Positions 1-8,385 of a stretch of DNA of 35,369 nucleotides are shown piece by piece. Both the position numbers and the translations under genes were made by a program. Under the pieces are notes generated by a model, which was not told where the DNA came from, ran no database searches, and saw only the letters and a list, made by a program, of their open reading frames with translations. How positions within the stretch are numbered: position 1 is the first letter of the stretch; the number at the start of each line of letters is the position of its first letter. Origin of the DNA: an uncultured Rhodopirellula sp. (GTDB lineage: Bacteria; Planctomycetota; Planctomycetia; Pirellulales; Pirellulaceae); the NCBI GenBank assembly GCA_963974855.1, contig CAXBHV010000001.1, forward strand, positions 1 through 35,369. The letters are read 5' to 3'.

Positions 1-70
1 GCCGTAAGGCACCGGGTATCACGTGGGACCCGGCCGCTGACGCGTCGCGGCTCACTAAATCACCACGCCG
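1..70. mobile_element. Partial copy of 118-bp MITE-like element (right part), inserted in a GTAGCGG REP
   Basis: 1-70 aligns with 23990-24060 (gccgtaaggcaccggg...cggctcac-taaatcaccacgccg); followed by tcga (degenerate TCAA duplication) and the REP remainder gagtttcg. Confidence 0.8.
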
Positions 71-126
71 TCGAGAGTTTCGGAGAGCACCGGCGGTGAA
101 TCGAAAGTCTTGACGACTTCCGCTAC
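71..126. repeat. Remainder of GTAGCGG-type REP pair
   Basis: cgaaagtcttgacgacttccgctac at 102-126 is identical to 29594-29618 and is nearly the reverse complement of the arm at 20781. Confidence 0.85.
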
Positions 127-200
127 GCATTAAAAAATGTGCAAACGCAATGAAAAGATTGCGTCACATCGTTGGCTTACTTCGATGAAGCTGTGTGGTC

Positions 201-1499
201 CTAATACTGCAACCCGAGGGCGAAGGTGATGGCGTCCAGCGAGATGGTGCTCGATGAATCGACGGGGCCTCCGGCGTCGAACCACGCTTGGCCTTCGTAA
301 CCAGCTCGGGCGAGCCAGGATGAGTGCGAACCGAGTGATTGGTTCCACTGCAAACCCAGTGACATCTCCATGGCGGTGATGACTTCACGGTGTATCGCAG
401 CATCTTCGAGCTCGGTTGTGAAGACGTTTTTCATTTCGTAGATCTTTTGCGTGGTCTCGCTCATCAACAGCGAGCCACGGAGTCCGCCGTACATCCCAAG
501 TCGGCTGCCGCCGATCCCGCGGCGGAGCTGCAGCGATGCCGTCGGGCCAGCACCCTGGATGTCCAAATCGTTGCTGACCGATTCTTGCAGCACGCCGCCT
601 GCATCGCGAACGTCCCCACGCATGTATTGCTTGATGCTGGCGATTCGCACGCCGCCGCCAAGGGTTCCCTGCAGCGAATTCCAATGAAACTGCTGTGTTG
701 CCTCCAGATCAAGTGCTTGTAGATTTAACTCGTGGCTCGACGTTAACGTTTCGCCGACTTGAGCCTGGGCGTTTCGCGACAAATTTCCGCCAGCACCGTA
801 TACGTACACAAACACCGGAGTCGAGCCTGTGACCGCAGTCACCGCTTCGGTATTGGCTTGCTCGTTGAAGCGAAAGTAAGTCGCCCGAAATCCACCGCCA
901 GCATGACGCGATTGCCAACCTAACCAGACACGAGGCGTAAGTTCATAGTCGTAACTGAATGGCACCAATGTATTGCCCACCGGTGGGTCAATGATCATCG
1001 CCACGTTCTGGTCAAAATGGGCGCGCATCCACATGAATTCGAATCCGCCTAACAAGGTTCCACTGCGAGGCGTAGGTGCGGGTGTACAGGCTGATGCCGC
1101 CGACGTGTAACCTGGTTGGCACTGCGAACGCTGCACCACCGCTCGGCGGGGTGCACTGTAGACAGTTGAGTCCAGTGGCATGTGGGGAGCGTTGAACCAG
1201 TTAGGTGGCAAAACGTTCCCGCCCATCGCCGAGTCGGCACAGCCCATCGATCCGGCTTGGTATTGATTATGGCGTGAGAAAAGGGCATTGCCCTGGCTGC
1301 GGGACGGCCAAAAGACATCCGACGATTCGCAAATCCCAGGCGAATCACACGACGGGTATCCCGGTTCATAGGAAGAATCGTATTGCTGAGCGGAGGCAAT
1401 CGTCCCGCTCAATCCCCCCGTCGCGAGCAAGACGAGGAGTATCCGTAGGCCAGGCGAACCGACCGCGCGTCGGCATTTATTGGTAGTCATTCTTTGCAA
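201..1499 (-). CDS. Planctomycete outer-membrane beta-barrel protein (Lpg1974/BBP7-like)
   Basis: Signal peptide (LLVLLATGGLSGTIASA-QQ), low-complexity Cys-containing N-region, amphipathic beta strands, C-terminal barrel signature FALGLQY. Confidence 0.7.
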   Translation of the reverse strand: MQRMTTNKCRRAVGSPGLRILLVLLATGGLSGTIASAQQYDSSYEPGYPSCDSPGICESSDVFWPSRSQGNALFSRHNQYQAGSMGCADSAMGGNVLPPNWFNAPHMPLDSTVYSAPRRAVVQRSQCQPGYTSAASACTPAPTPRSGTLLGGFEFMWMRAHFDQNVAMIIDPPVGNTLVPFSYDYELTPRVWLGWQSRHAGGGFRATYFRFNEQANTEAVTAVTGSTPVFVYVYGAGGNLSRNAQAQVGETLTSSHELNLQALDLEATQQFHWNSLQGTLGGGVRIASIKQYMRGDVRDAGGVLQESVSNDLDIQGAGPTASLQLRRGIGGSRLGMYGGLRGSLLMSETTQKIYEMKNVFTTELEDAAIHREVITAMEMSLGLQWNQSLGSHSSWLARAGYEGQAWFDAGGPVDSSSTISLDAITFALGLQY

Positions 1500-1756
1500 T
1501 CCATTGCGAAAGGTGTGTTGCTCTTTTCATCGGATCCCCACTCACAACGACACCAGATTGCCCTGCGCCGCAGGCGAAGCTTGGTTGACCACACTATCTT
1601 CACAGCAAGTGCACACCTCTGACTGTGTAATGTGCGCGATAGTGCACAATCGTAGTGGGCAAAGCGAAAGATTCATTTGGCAACCACCCTTACAGAGTCA
1701 ACAATGAACGATCGGTTACATGAAAAGTTTGCGATTGCCAAATCGCTTTTTGGGGA

Positions 1757-2710
1757 GTGGTTCTGCTGATTACGTTCACCTTGAAACCCAAGCCTCCCTA
1801 CCGATTGGATCTTGCCGCTTGGACGCTGCGTCGACGTCCCGAAAACATCATTGATGACTGGGATGGTGATGTTTATCGCCGCGTGCTCGTGGTGCGGGAC
1901 CAAGCTGTCTTAGTGGAAATTCGACAACGCGGGCGCCGATCGACGCCCCGACTATATGTCACCGCCCATACCGACGCTCCGTTTCCAGGATTACAGAAAC
2001 AGCTGACAGCGACCCTCATACGTCTGCTTGGGATCGACATTGATCTGACAGACTTTTATCAATTGGCTGCCGCTCACCCGCAGCTACAGAAACTGGCCAA
2101 GCCGTTCGTCGGCATGAAACCTCCTCGCTATGCGTCGCTATTTGAATGTCTATGTAACGCGATCGCGTGTCAACAAGTTTCTTTGGCGTCTGGGATCCAG
2201 TTGCTCAATCGCTTTGCCGAGCACTACGGGCAACCGTATGACATGGACCCCTTTCGTCGCTTTGCGTTTCCCGAAGCGACAGCACTTGATGCCGTTGATG
2301 TCGAAGACCTGCGGGGGATCGGATTTAGTCGACAGAAAGCAACCGCCTTGTTGAACCTTGCCGCGGTGGCTCGCAGTGGCGAACTGGAGTACGCACAGTT
2401 CGAGCCTCTAACGGACGAAGATTGTGTCGCCGCATTATGCCAATTTCGCGGGATCGGTCGCTGGTCGGCTGAGTATGCGATGCTGCGGGGGCTAGGCCGA
2501 CTGCACGTCTTCCCTGGTGATGACGTTGGCGGACGCAACAATTTGCAAGCGTGGTTAGAGTTAACCGAGACACTTGATTATGACGGTGTTGCTAGCCTGC
2601 TTCAGCGTTGGCAGCGTTTCGGAGGGCTGATCTACTTTCACCTACTGCTAAACAAACTCGCCGCGAAACCGCCTGGAGGATTCGATGTCCAAACAAACAC
2701 CAACGATTAA
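1757..2710 (+). CDS. alkA: DNA-3-methyladenine glycosylase II (HhH-GPD family)
   Basis: AlkA N-domain, FECLCNAIACQQVS, HhH motif LCQFRGIGRWSAEY and FPGDD catalytic Asp motif. Confidence 0.85.
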   Translation: MVLLITFTLKPKPPYRLDLAAWTLRRRPENIIDDWDGDVYRRVLVVRDQAVLVEIRQRGRRSTPRLYVTAHTDAPFPGLQKQLTATLIRLLGIDIDLTDFYQLAAAHPQLQKLAKPFVGMKPPRYASLFECLCNAIACQQVSLASGIQLLNRFAEHYGQPYDMDPFRRFAFPEATALDAVDVEDLRGIGFSRQKATALLNLAAVARSGELEYAQFEPLTDEDCVAALCQFRGIGRWSAEYAMLRGLGRLHVFPGDDVGGRNNLQAWLELTETLDYDGVASLLQRWQRFGGLIYFHLLLNKLAAKPPGGFDVQTNTND

Positions 2711-3053
2711 GCTCGCGCGTGTTTATGATTTACCGAAATCCGCGAAGGGATATCGCGTCTTGGTCGATCGATTGTGGCCGCGAGGAGTCAAGAAAGAAGA
2801 TTTGAAACTTGACGACTGGCTAAAGGAGATCGCGCCGAGCGACAAACTTCGTAAATGGTTTGATCACGATGTCGACAAGTGGGACGAGTTCCGAGAACGA
2901 TACAAAAAGGAACTCGAAGCAAACCGGAATTTGATCGCATCGCTACTGGAAACAGCCGAGAAACAATCCGTCATGTTGCTGTACGCCGCCAAGGACGAAG
3001 AGCACAACAACGCAGTCGTTTTGAAAGAGTTTCTCGAGCAAACGCGGAAATAA
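2685..3053 (+). CDS. DUF488 family protein (YeaO-like)
   Basis: RVYD...GYRVLVDRLWPRGVKKE...WLKEIAPS..LRKWF.HD, LLYAAKDEEHNNAVVL; SD-like ggagga upstream; overlaps the alkA 3' end. Confidence 0.9.
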   Translation: MSKQTPTIKLARVYDLPKSAKGYRVLVDRLWPRGVKKEDLKLDDWLKEIAPSDKLRKWFDHDVDKWDEFRERYKKELEANRNLIASLLETAEKQSVMLLYAAKDEEHNNAVVLKEFLEQTRK

Positions 3054-3060
3054 GATAATA

Positions 3061-3240
3061 ACGGAAACGAACGCAAGTTTCATCGACGCCCAATTCTTGC
3101 AAACAGGCGTGGACGTTTTGCGTGAACGGCTTAGGGGCACAGAAGTAGAAATCGGCGTCTTCGTACGGCGCTCACTCTCGTAACAACTCGATCGTGATAA
3201 ATCCGACACCGTCACACTTCCTGTTTTCCAATCGCATCAA
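3061..3240 (-). pseudogene. hmp: Flavohaemoglobin (NO dioxygenase) C-terminal remnant
   Basis: Manual minus-strand translation: LMRLENRKCDGVGFITIELLRE*APYEDADFYFCAPKPFTQNVHACLQELGVDETCVRF, matching the Hmp/FNR-family NAD-binding end (D.YFCGP.PFM...L..LGV); in-frame TGA at 3172-3174; not in the ORF track. Confidence 0.75.
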
Positions 3241-3486
3241 GGTGGGAAGGTTGCCTGTGTCTGGCGGAGAGGCTACAGTACATTACATACACCAAAAGGT
3301 ACAGGTTCGTTCCTGCATATCAAGGTGTAAGTTTTGAAGGGGCGAGATTTGCATGAGCAAGAGGAACTAAATGGCGTTTCTCTAACCCGTGGACTGTTTC
3401 GTCGGCTCGTTTATGCTTTGGCACTACCAATGCCCCCATCCAGCCCGTTGCTTTTTGACACGCTGCCACCACTTTGAGGCTCTTCC

Positions 3487-3909
3487 ATGCTTTCCAAAAC
3501 AGCCGAATATGCCCTGCGAGCGGTGACATGTTTGGGCAGCCGAATCGGCCAACCCTCCTCGGCTGACGTTCTTGCCGAGGAGACGAAGGTGCCTCGTCGT
3601 TATCTCAATCGCGTTTTGCAGGACTTGGCCGCAGCGGGCTTGGTTCGCTCGCGTAGCGGCCCCGGCGGCGGCTACGAATTGGCTCAAGATCCCGGAGCGG
3701 TCACGATTCTGGATGTGGTCAACGCCGTTGCGCCGTTGGAGCGGATTAATTCCTGCCCGCTTGGGCTAAAGTCACACACCTCGCTGTGCCCGCTGCACGC
3801 CGAACTTGATCGGGCGTACGAGGCGACTCAAGCTGCATTTGCGGGGGTCACGATGAAGCAGCTGCTTGAATCGACCAGCCCGATTATCCCACTACGCGAA
3901 GTTTCCTGA
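3487..3909 (+). CDS. Rrf2 family transcriptional regulator
   Basis: [23 protein letters not shown] wing motif, C-terminal CPLG...CPLH; divergent from the hmp remnant. Confidence 0.9.
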   Translation: MLSKTAEYALRAVTCLGSRIGQPSSADVLAEETKVPRRYLNRVLQDLAAAGLVRSRSGPGGGYELAQDPGAVTILDVVNAVAPLERINSCPLGLKSHTSLCPLHAELDRAYEATQAAFAGVTMKQLLESTSPIIPLREVS

Positions 3910-4071
3910 GCCCAATATCGCGTTCTCCAGGCGACGGAATCATTTGAAAAATCCGGCTGGGGTTCGGTTGCATTGCGATTGGGGCCGAGCTGTTATCTTG
4001 GGGCTGCCGAACTTACACTAGCAGCGACACGACTGACCGACCCACTCGATCTCGCGACCAGGAACCTCGTT

Positions 4072-4704
4072 ATGTCAAACCAAATCGAAGATGATTCTGA
4101 CAAGATGATGCGGAACGTCAAAATCATTGTGTTTTTGACGATTGTGATTCCGATCGTTGCGTTGACGATTTTTATGGAGATGCGGTTCGAGGCAATCGAA
4201 GACGAGATTCAATTTCTTGAACCTGGAACGCGTGATGCAGCAAGAGTTGACCTTGATGCATTGCCGTGGCACCCGGTCCAAGGGCAAACGTTGTATGTCC
4301 CAGCCTACTCACACATTTTTCATCAAAGTGGTGAGCCTCGATTGTTGACGGTCACGCTATCGGCACGCAACACCGATCGCAAAAACGACATCGTGCTGAC
4401 CTCGGTGCGGTACTACGACACCAGCGGAAAAGAGCGTCGCTCACTGGTTGAAAAACCACTGCGTCTTGGACCGCTGGCGTCGACGGAATTCGTGATCGAA
4501 CAAAAAGACAAAAGTGGTGGCAGCGGCGCAAGCTTCATTGTTGAATGGATGTCGGGACAACCGGTCAATGTTCCGGTGGTAGAAACGGTGATGATCGATA
4601 CCAGCAATACGCAAGGCATCTCGTTTGTGCGATCAGCAACAGTGCTGGAGGAAACGGCTCTCAGAGACAAGGCACCACCGACGGACGCGACATCGAGCCA
4701 CTAG
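4072..4704 (+). CDS. DUF3124 domain membrane-anchored protein
   Basis: N-terminal TM helix, GQTLYVPAYSHI, LTVTLSARNTD, YYDTSGK, GGSGASFIVEW, GISF; start moved from 3973 to ATG 4072. Confidence 0.8.
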   Translation: MSNQIEDDSDKMMRNVKIIVFLTIVIPIVALTIFMEMRFEAIEDEIQFLEPGTRDAARVDLDALPWHPVQGQTLYVPAYSHIFHQSGEPRLLTVTLSARNTDRKNDIVLTSVRYYDTSGKERRSLVEKPLRLGPLASTEFVIEQKDKSGGSGASFIVEWMSGQPVNVPVVETVMIDTSNTQGISFVRSATVLEETALRDKAPPTDATSSH

Positions 4705-4775
4705 AGTCGTTGTCAATCGATCGCGAGCCGACACCGTCGATCCAAGGACCGAAAAGCGACTTTGCGTGAATTGAG

Positions 4776-4804
4776 TTGACATCGACATGGGAGCGACTTA
4801 CAAA
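4776..4804 (+). promoter_or_regulatory. Sigma70-type promoter
   Basis: TTGACA (4776-4781), 17 nt spacer, TACAAA (4799-4804). Confidence 0.6.
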
Positions 4805-4827
4805 AAGATGTACGCATTATGCATCTT
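4805..4827. promoter_or_regulatory. NsrR-type operator (11-1-11 inverted repeat)
   Basis: AAGATGTACGC-A-TTATGCATCTT matches the outer 8 bp of each half of the NsrR consensus AAGATGYATTTnAAATRCATCTT; lies immediately after the -10. Confidence 0.75.
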
Positions 4828-4875
4828 TTGATTGCGGATGTTGTTACCCACCATGAATCAACCGGAGAATGTAAG

Positions 4876-5430
4876 ATGAAACGTCATGCTCTTGTTATCG
4901 GTTTCGCTGGAATCGTTATCGCACTGATCACCACTTGCCTGCCTTGGCAGCCTTCGCACGCAAATGCGGAAGAGACTGTTGCGAAGGCGAGTCCGAAAAA
5001 GGCTGCGGTGGAGCGATCCCGCCGAACCGTGCAGATGCTCGACAACATTTTCAAGCAAACCATCGTGATGGTGACTGACAAATACGTCAACGACGATGAT
5101 GACTTTGCCGCAGGCAGCGCCGCAGTATTGTTGTTCCAGAAAATCTCGGACGATAGCGACAATACGATTCGACTGATCGATGCCACCGGCGATCCCTATG
5201 AATCTGATAACGTTGCCAAGGATACGTTCGAGAAAGAAGGAATCAAGAAACTGAAGGCAGGCGCCAAGACGGTTGACGAAGTCGTCACACGTGATGGCAA
5301 ACATTACTTGCGAGCATTGACGCCGGTACCGGTCGTGATGCAGAAATGCGTGATGTGCCACGCTCATTACGAAGATGTCAAAGCGGGGGAACCGATCGGA
5401 GCGATCAGCTACACCGTCCCCATCGACTAA
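4876..5430 (+). CDS. Exported DUF3365 (Tll0287-like) monohaem c-type protein
   Basis: GGAGA SD at 4864, signal peptide MKRHALVIG...ANA, DTFEKEG, C-terminal CVMCH, GAISYTVPI. Confidence 0.85.
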   Translation: MKRHALVIGFAGIVIALITTCLPWQPSHANAEETVAKASPKKAAVERSRRTVQMLDNIFKQTIVMVTDKYVNDDDDFAAGSAAVLLFQKISDDSDNTIRLIDATGDPYESDNVAKDTFEKEGIKKLKAGAKTVDEVVTRDGKHYLRALTPVPVVMQKCVMCHAHYEDVKAGEPIGAISYTVPID

Positions 5431-5472
5431 GTCGATCTCGCACAAAGATCGACTGCCCATTTCCCACCTCCC

Positions 5473-6096
5473 TTGATGCCGCGAGCTCTCGTTGTCTCGG
5501 CATTCCCACCTGATGAGAACGCACTGAGACATCGATTTCTACTCGCACTTTCACTGGCGATTTTTTTTACGTCGTTCCTTACGCTACGAGCGGAGGAAAC
5601 GACCCGGGATGCGAGCGGCAAACCTGCCAGCAGTGGCGAGACCGGCACGACATCAGACGTTCTACCGCTGCCGACGAGTGTCGTCGAAGCCCGTTCGCGT
5701 GCGAGACTGTTGCATGAAACGATCCACGGCACGCTGCAGATTGTTCATCGCGATTTTTTCGATGAAGATGATGCTCATGCGATTCCGTCGGCATCGCTTG
5801 AAGATGTATTCCATGAATTGGCGACCAACTACAACATCGAACTGAAGTGGCTGATCGTCAACACCGATGTGGTGAACGTGGATCATCAGCCGGAAGACGA
5901 ATTCGAGAAGGCCGCCGTGACAGCACTCCGCAAGAAGCAAGATTATCATGAAGCGGTCGAAGCGGATCGATACCGTTTTGCCGGTCCGATCCGCCTTGCT
6001 TCTCAATGCCTAAAATGCCACGTCAAACACCGCACCAGCACCGAGGACCGTACGGCGGGTCTACTGATCACGATGCCAATACGTCTCTCGCCCTAA
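5473..6096 (+). CDS. Exported DUF3365 (Tll0287-like) monohaem c-type protein, paralogue
   Basis: Hydrophobic leader ending LRA, PEDEFEKAAV, CLKCH, AGLLITMPI; exact start uncertain. Confidence 0.8.
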   Translation: MMPRALVVSAFPPDENALRHRFLLALSLAIFFTSFLTLRAEETTRDASGKPASSGETGTTSDVLPLPTSVVEARSRARLLHETIHGTLQIVHRDFFDEDDAHAIPSASLEDVFHELATNYNIELKWLIVNTDVVNVDHQPEDEFEKAAVTALRKKQDYHEAVEADRYRFAGPIRLASQCLKCHVKHRTSTEDRTAGLLITMPIRLSP

Positions 6097-6122
6097 TGTC
6101 AAAGTAGATGGCATCGGGCACT

Positions 6123-6260
6123 AGTTCGACTGTCCCATTTTTTCGATTTCAGCGTATTTGTGAGCCGACGGCGCTAGCCGCGGGCCTTATTTTGCCAATA
6201 TTTTACCGAGCCGCGGCCCGGCGCTAGCGCGTTCGGCTCACAAAATGGGACAGTCGAACT
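6123..6260. mobile_element. MITE-like element enclosing a GTGAGCCG...CGGCTCAC palindrome
   Basis: Perfect 19-bp terminal inverted repeat agttcgactgtcccatttt (6123-6141) / aaaatgggacagtcgaact (6242-6260); inner gtgagccga (6160) ... tcggctcac (6241). Confidence 0.7.
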
Positions 6261-6328
6261 CGTAGAAACGGTTAAGATTATTGATTCTACCTAGCTGAGT
6301 TTAGACGTTTCATTGAGGCAGCTAATTT

Positions 6329-6802
6329 ATGATTTCATCGGAACAAATCGACACCTATGCGGCGGGGCCTGATTTGCTTCGCCGAGCGATTGAGGGTATG
6401 TCCGAGGAACAACTCGATGCCACTCCGATCCCCGGCAAATGGTCGACGCGACAAGTGGTTTGCCATATCGCGGACTTTGAATTGGTCTACGCTGATCGCA
6501 TGAAGCGAGTGATCGCCGAAAACGAACCCACGTTTTTTGGAGGCGATCCGGACACGTTCGCCGCTGGATTGGCTTACGGCCAACGTGATGTAAACGAAGA
6601 GCTGCAATTGATCGATTCAGTTCGTCGTCAAATGACCCGTATCTTGCGAACACTCTCCGTTCATGACTTCGATCGAATCGGACACCATAGCGAGGCGGGG
6701 CCGATGACGCTGGCAACCTTGCTGCAAGGAATTACGGGCCATCTGACTCACCACATTCATTACATTGACGAAAAACGTCGTGCGATGCAATCGCCTCGTT
6801 AA
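6329..6802 (+). CDS. DinB family protein (YfiT-like four-helix metal-binding)
   Basis: PGKWSTRQVVCHIADFE, C-terminal HLTHH His motif. Confidence 0.85.
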   Translation: MISSEQIDTYAAGPDLLRRAIEGMSEEQLDATPIPGKWSTRQVVCHIADFELVYADRMKRVIAENEPTFFGGDPDTFAAGLAYGQRDVNEELQLIDSVRRQMTRILRTLSVHDFDRIGHHSEAGPMTLATLLQGITGHLTHHIHYIDEKRRAMQSPR

Positions 6803-6860
6803 CGCACGGTGCGCGTCACGATCTAAATCCGAACTCAATGCATCACAGCGAGACTAGCCA

Positions 6861-7544
6861 GTGCCAACGATTGTCTCTATTAACGTGGGTCGCCCGCAAA
6901 CGCTCGGAACCGAGAAACCGTGGGTGTCAGGGTTCCTCAAGAAATCGGTCAGCGAACCTCTGTGGCTGCGGTCCACAAATCTTGACGGTGACGGACAGGC
7001 GGACTTGCAGCATCATGGCGGTCCTCACAAAGCCGTGTGCGTCTATTCGGCGGACCATTACCCTGACTGGAGAACGACGCTGCAAATTCCTGAGTTAACC
7101 TGGGGTGCGTTTGGCGAGAATTTTACAATCGCGGGTCTCACCGAGGAGGGCGTTTGCATTGGAGACGTATGGTCGATCGGCGATGCCACCGTCGAGGTAT
7201 CGCAGCCTCGACAACCCTGTTGGAAATTAGCACGACGTTGGGACATCAAAACGCTGGCGCTGCAGGTTCAGCAAACCGGTCGCACGGGGTGGTATTTTCG
7301 AGTTCTTGTCGAAGGCATTGTCCAGCAGGGAATGGAAATGACATTGGTCGAGCGTCCGGAACCGCAGTGGACCGTCGCGGCGGCCAATCAGGTGATGCAT
7401 CACGACAAGCAGGATCGCGACGCCGCTGCGAAGCTGGCGGCCATTCCCACGCTGTCACCAAGTTGGAAAACAACGCTCAATAACCGGGTCGAAAAGAATG
7501 TTCAGCCCGACGAGCAGAAACGACTGGCGGGCGACGAGTTCTGA
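6861..7544 (+). CDS. yiiM: MOSC domain protein with 3-alpha domain (YiiM-like)
   Basis: GDGQADLQHHGGPHKAV, GAFGENFT, VSQPRQPCWKL, GRTGWYFRVL. Confidence 0.85.
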   Translation: MPTIVSINVGRPQTLGTEKPWVSGFLKKSVSEPLWLRSTNLDGDGQADLQHHGGPHKAVCVYSADHYPDWRTTLQIPELTWGAFGENFTIAGLTEEGVCIGDVWSIGDATVEVSQPRQPCWKLARRWDIKTLALQVQQTGRTGWYFRVLVEGIVQQGMEMTLVERPEPQWTVAAANQVMHHDKQDRDAAAKLAAIPTLSPSWKTTLNNRVEKNVQPDEQKRLAGDEF

Positions 7545-7560
7545 ATCGATGAGGTCCATT

Positions 7561-7648
7561 GTCGCCGGATGTCTCCGACATCCGCAGTCTCTGGGCTGCG
7601 CAGTCTCTGGGCTAAGACAATTTCCGACGTCGGGGGACGTCGGGCGAC
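7561..7648. repeat. GTCGCC-type REP pair with internal 15-bp direct duplication, between convergent genes
   Basis: gtcgccggatgtctccgacatccg (7561-7584) inverted relative to ccgacgtcgggggacgtcgggcgac (7624-7648); cgcagtctctgggct at 7583 and 7599. Confidence 0.7.
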
Positions 7649-7650
7649 TT

Positions 7651-8076
7651 TCAGAGCGACTGAACTTGGCTAAGTTGGCGAGGCGTCGGCACGACGTCGG
7701 CGAGGGAAACGCTGTTCAGATATTCCAGCTGGATTCGTTCTGCTTCGGCAAGGACCCCCTTCAGCTTGCAAAAAGAATGGATCACGCAGGTGTCATCGCT
7801 ACCGACGCACGCCAACAGGTGCACGTCGCCTTCGACTTGTTGGATCACTTTACCAAGCTGAATTTGCTCGGGCTGTATCGCCAGTTCAATGCCACCGCCG
7901 ATTCTGCGAACGCTGCGAATGTAACCAAATCGCGATAACAGATTGACCACCTTGGCAACATGGTTGATCGAGATACCGAACAGCGACGCGACATCCGCAA
8001 CCTTCGCTCGCGATGTACGGGTGGCCAAGTACATCAGCGTTCGCAAGGCGTAATCGGTCTGCGTGGTCAGTTTCAT
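7651..8076 (-). CDS. nsrR: NsrR-like NO-sensing Rrf2 repressor
   Basis: MKLTTQTDYALRTLMYLA, ISINHVAKVV, three Cys in ACVGSDDTCVIHSFCKLKGVL..A. Confidence 0.8.
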   Translation of the reverse strand: MKLTTQTDYALRTLMYLATRTSRAKVADVASLFGISINHVAKVVNLLSRFGYIRSVRRIGGGIELAIQPEQIQLGKVIQQVEGDVHLLACVGSDDTCVIHSFCKLKGVLAEAERIQLEYLNSVSLADVVPTPRQLSQVQSL

Positions 8077-8148
8077 CGCGTTATCGAATGAGTAAGGATG
8101 CTAATCTGCTACCGCTTTGAACGATCCTAGAACGAACCTCCGCCGAGG

Positions 8149-8349
8149 TCAATCATTTCCCTTGCCATGCTGGATTGCTTGCTGCAATCGCAACAGCACC
8201 GCTTGAGGACTGAGCCCGCGGTGGTGACAAACATATTGAAGCGATTTGCCAGCGCAGCTTGTATCGAGTCCAAGTTCGTCAAAGACGGCATTGGTTTCGG
8301 GGTACTCGATGATCCACTCAGGGATACTCGTCATCAAATCACAATCCAT
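8149..8349 (-). CDS. Stand-alone DUF542 / ScdA(YtfE) N-terminal domain protein
   Basis: SIPEWIIEYPETNAVFDELGLDTSCAGKSLQYVCHHRGL resembles the RIC/ScdA N-domain (P....VF...GIDFCCGG..SL..AC...G). Confidence 0.75.
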   Translation of the reverse strand: MDCDLMTSIPEWIIEYPETNAVFDELGLDTSCAGKSLQYVCHHRGLSPQAVLLRLQQAIQHGKGND

Positions 8350-8385
8350 GTCTGCAATTATAACGAGTGAGTGGTAACGGTGGCT

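Noticed and set aside
3276-3294. Possible Rrf2 operator cagtacat-tac-atacacca between the hmp remnant and Rrf2
   Set aside because: Only 4 of 8 positions pair; may be a decayed site but is not supportable
4819-4875. Upstream ATG start for the first DUF3365 gene
   Set aside because: ATG lies inside the operator palindrome; SD and signal peptide favour 4876
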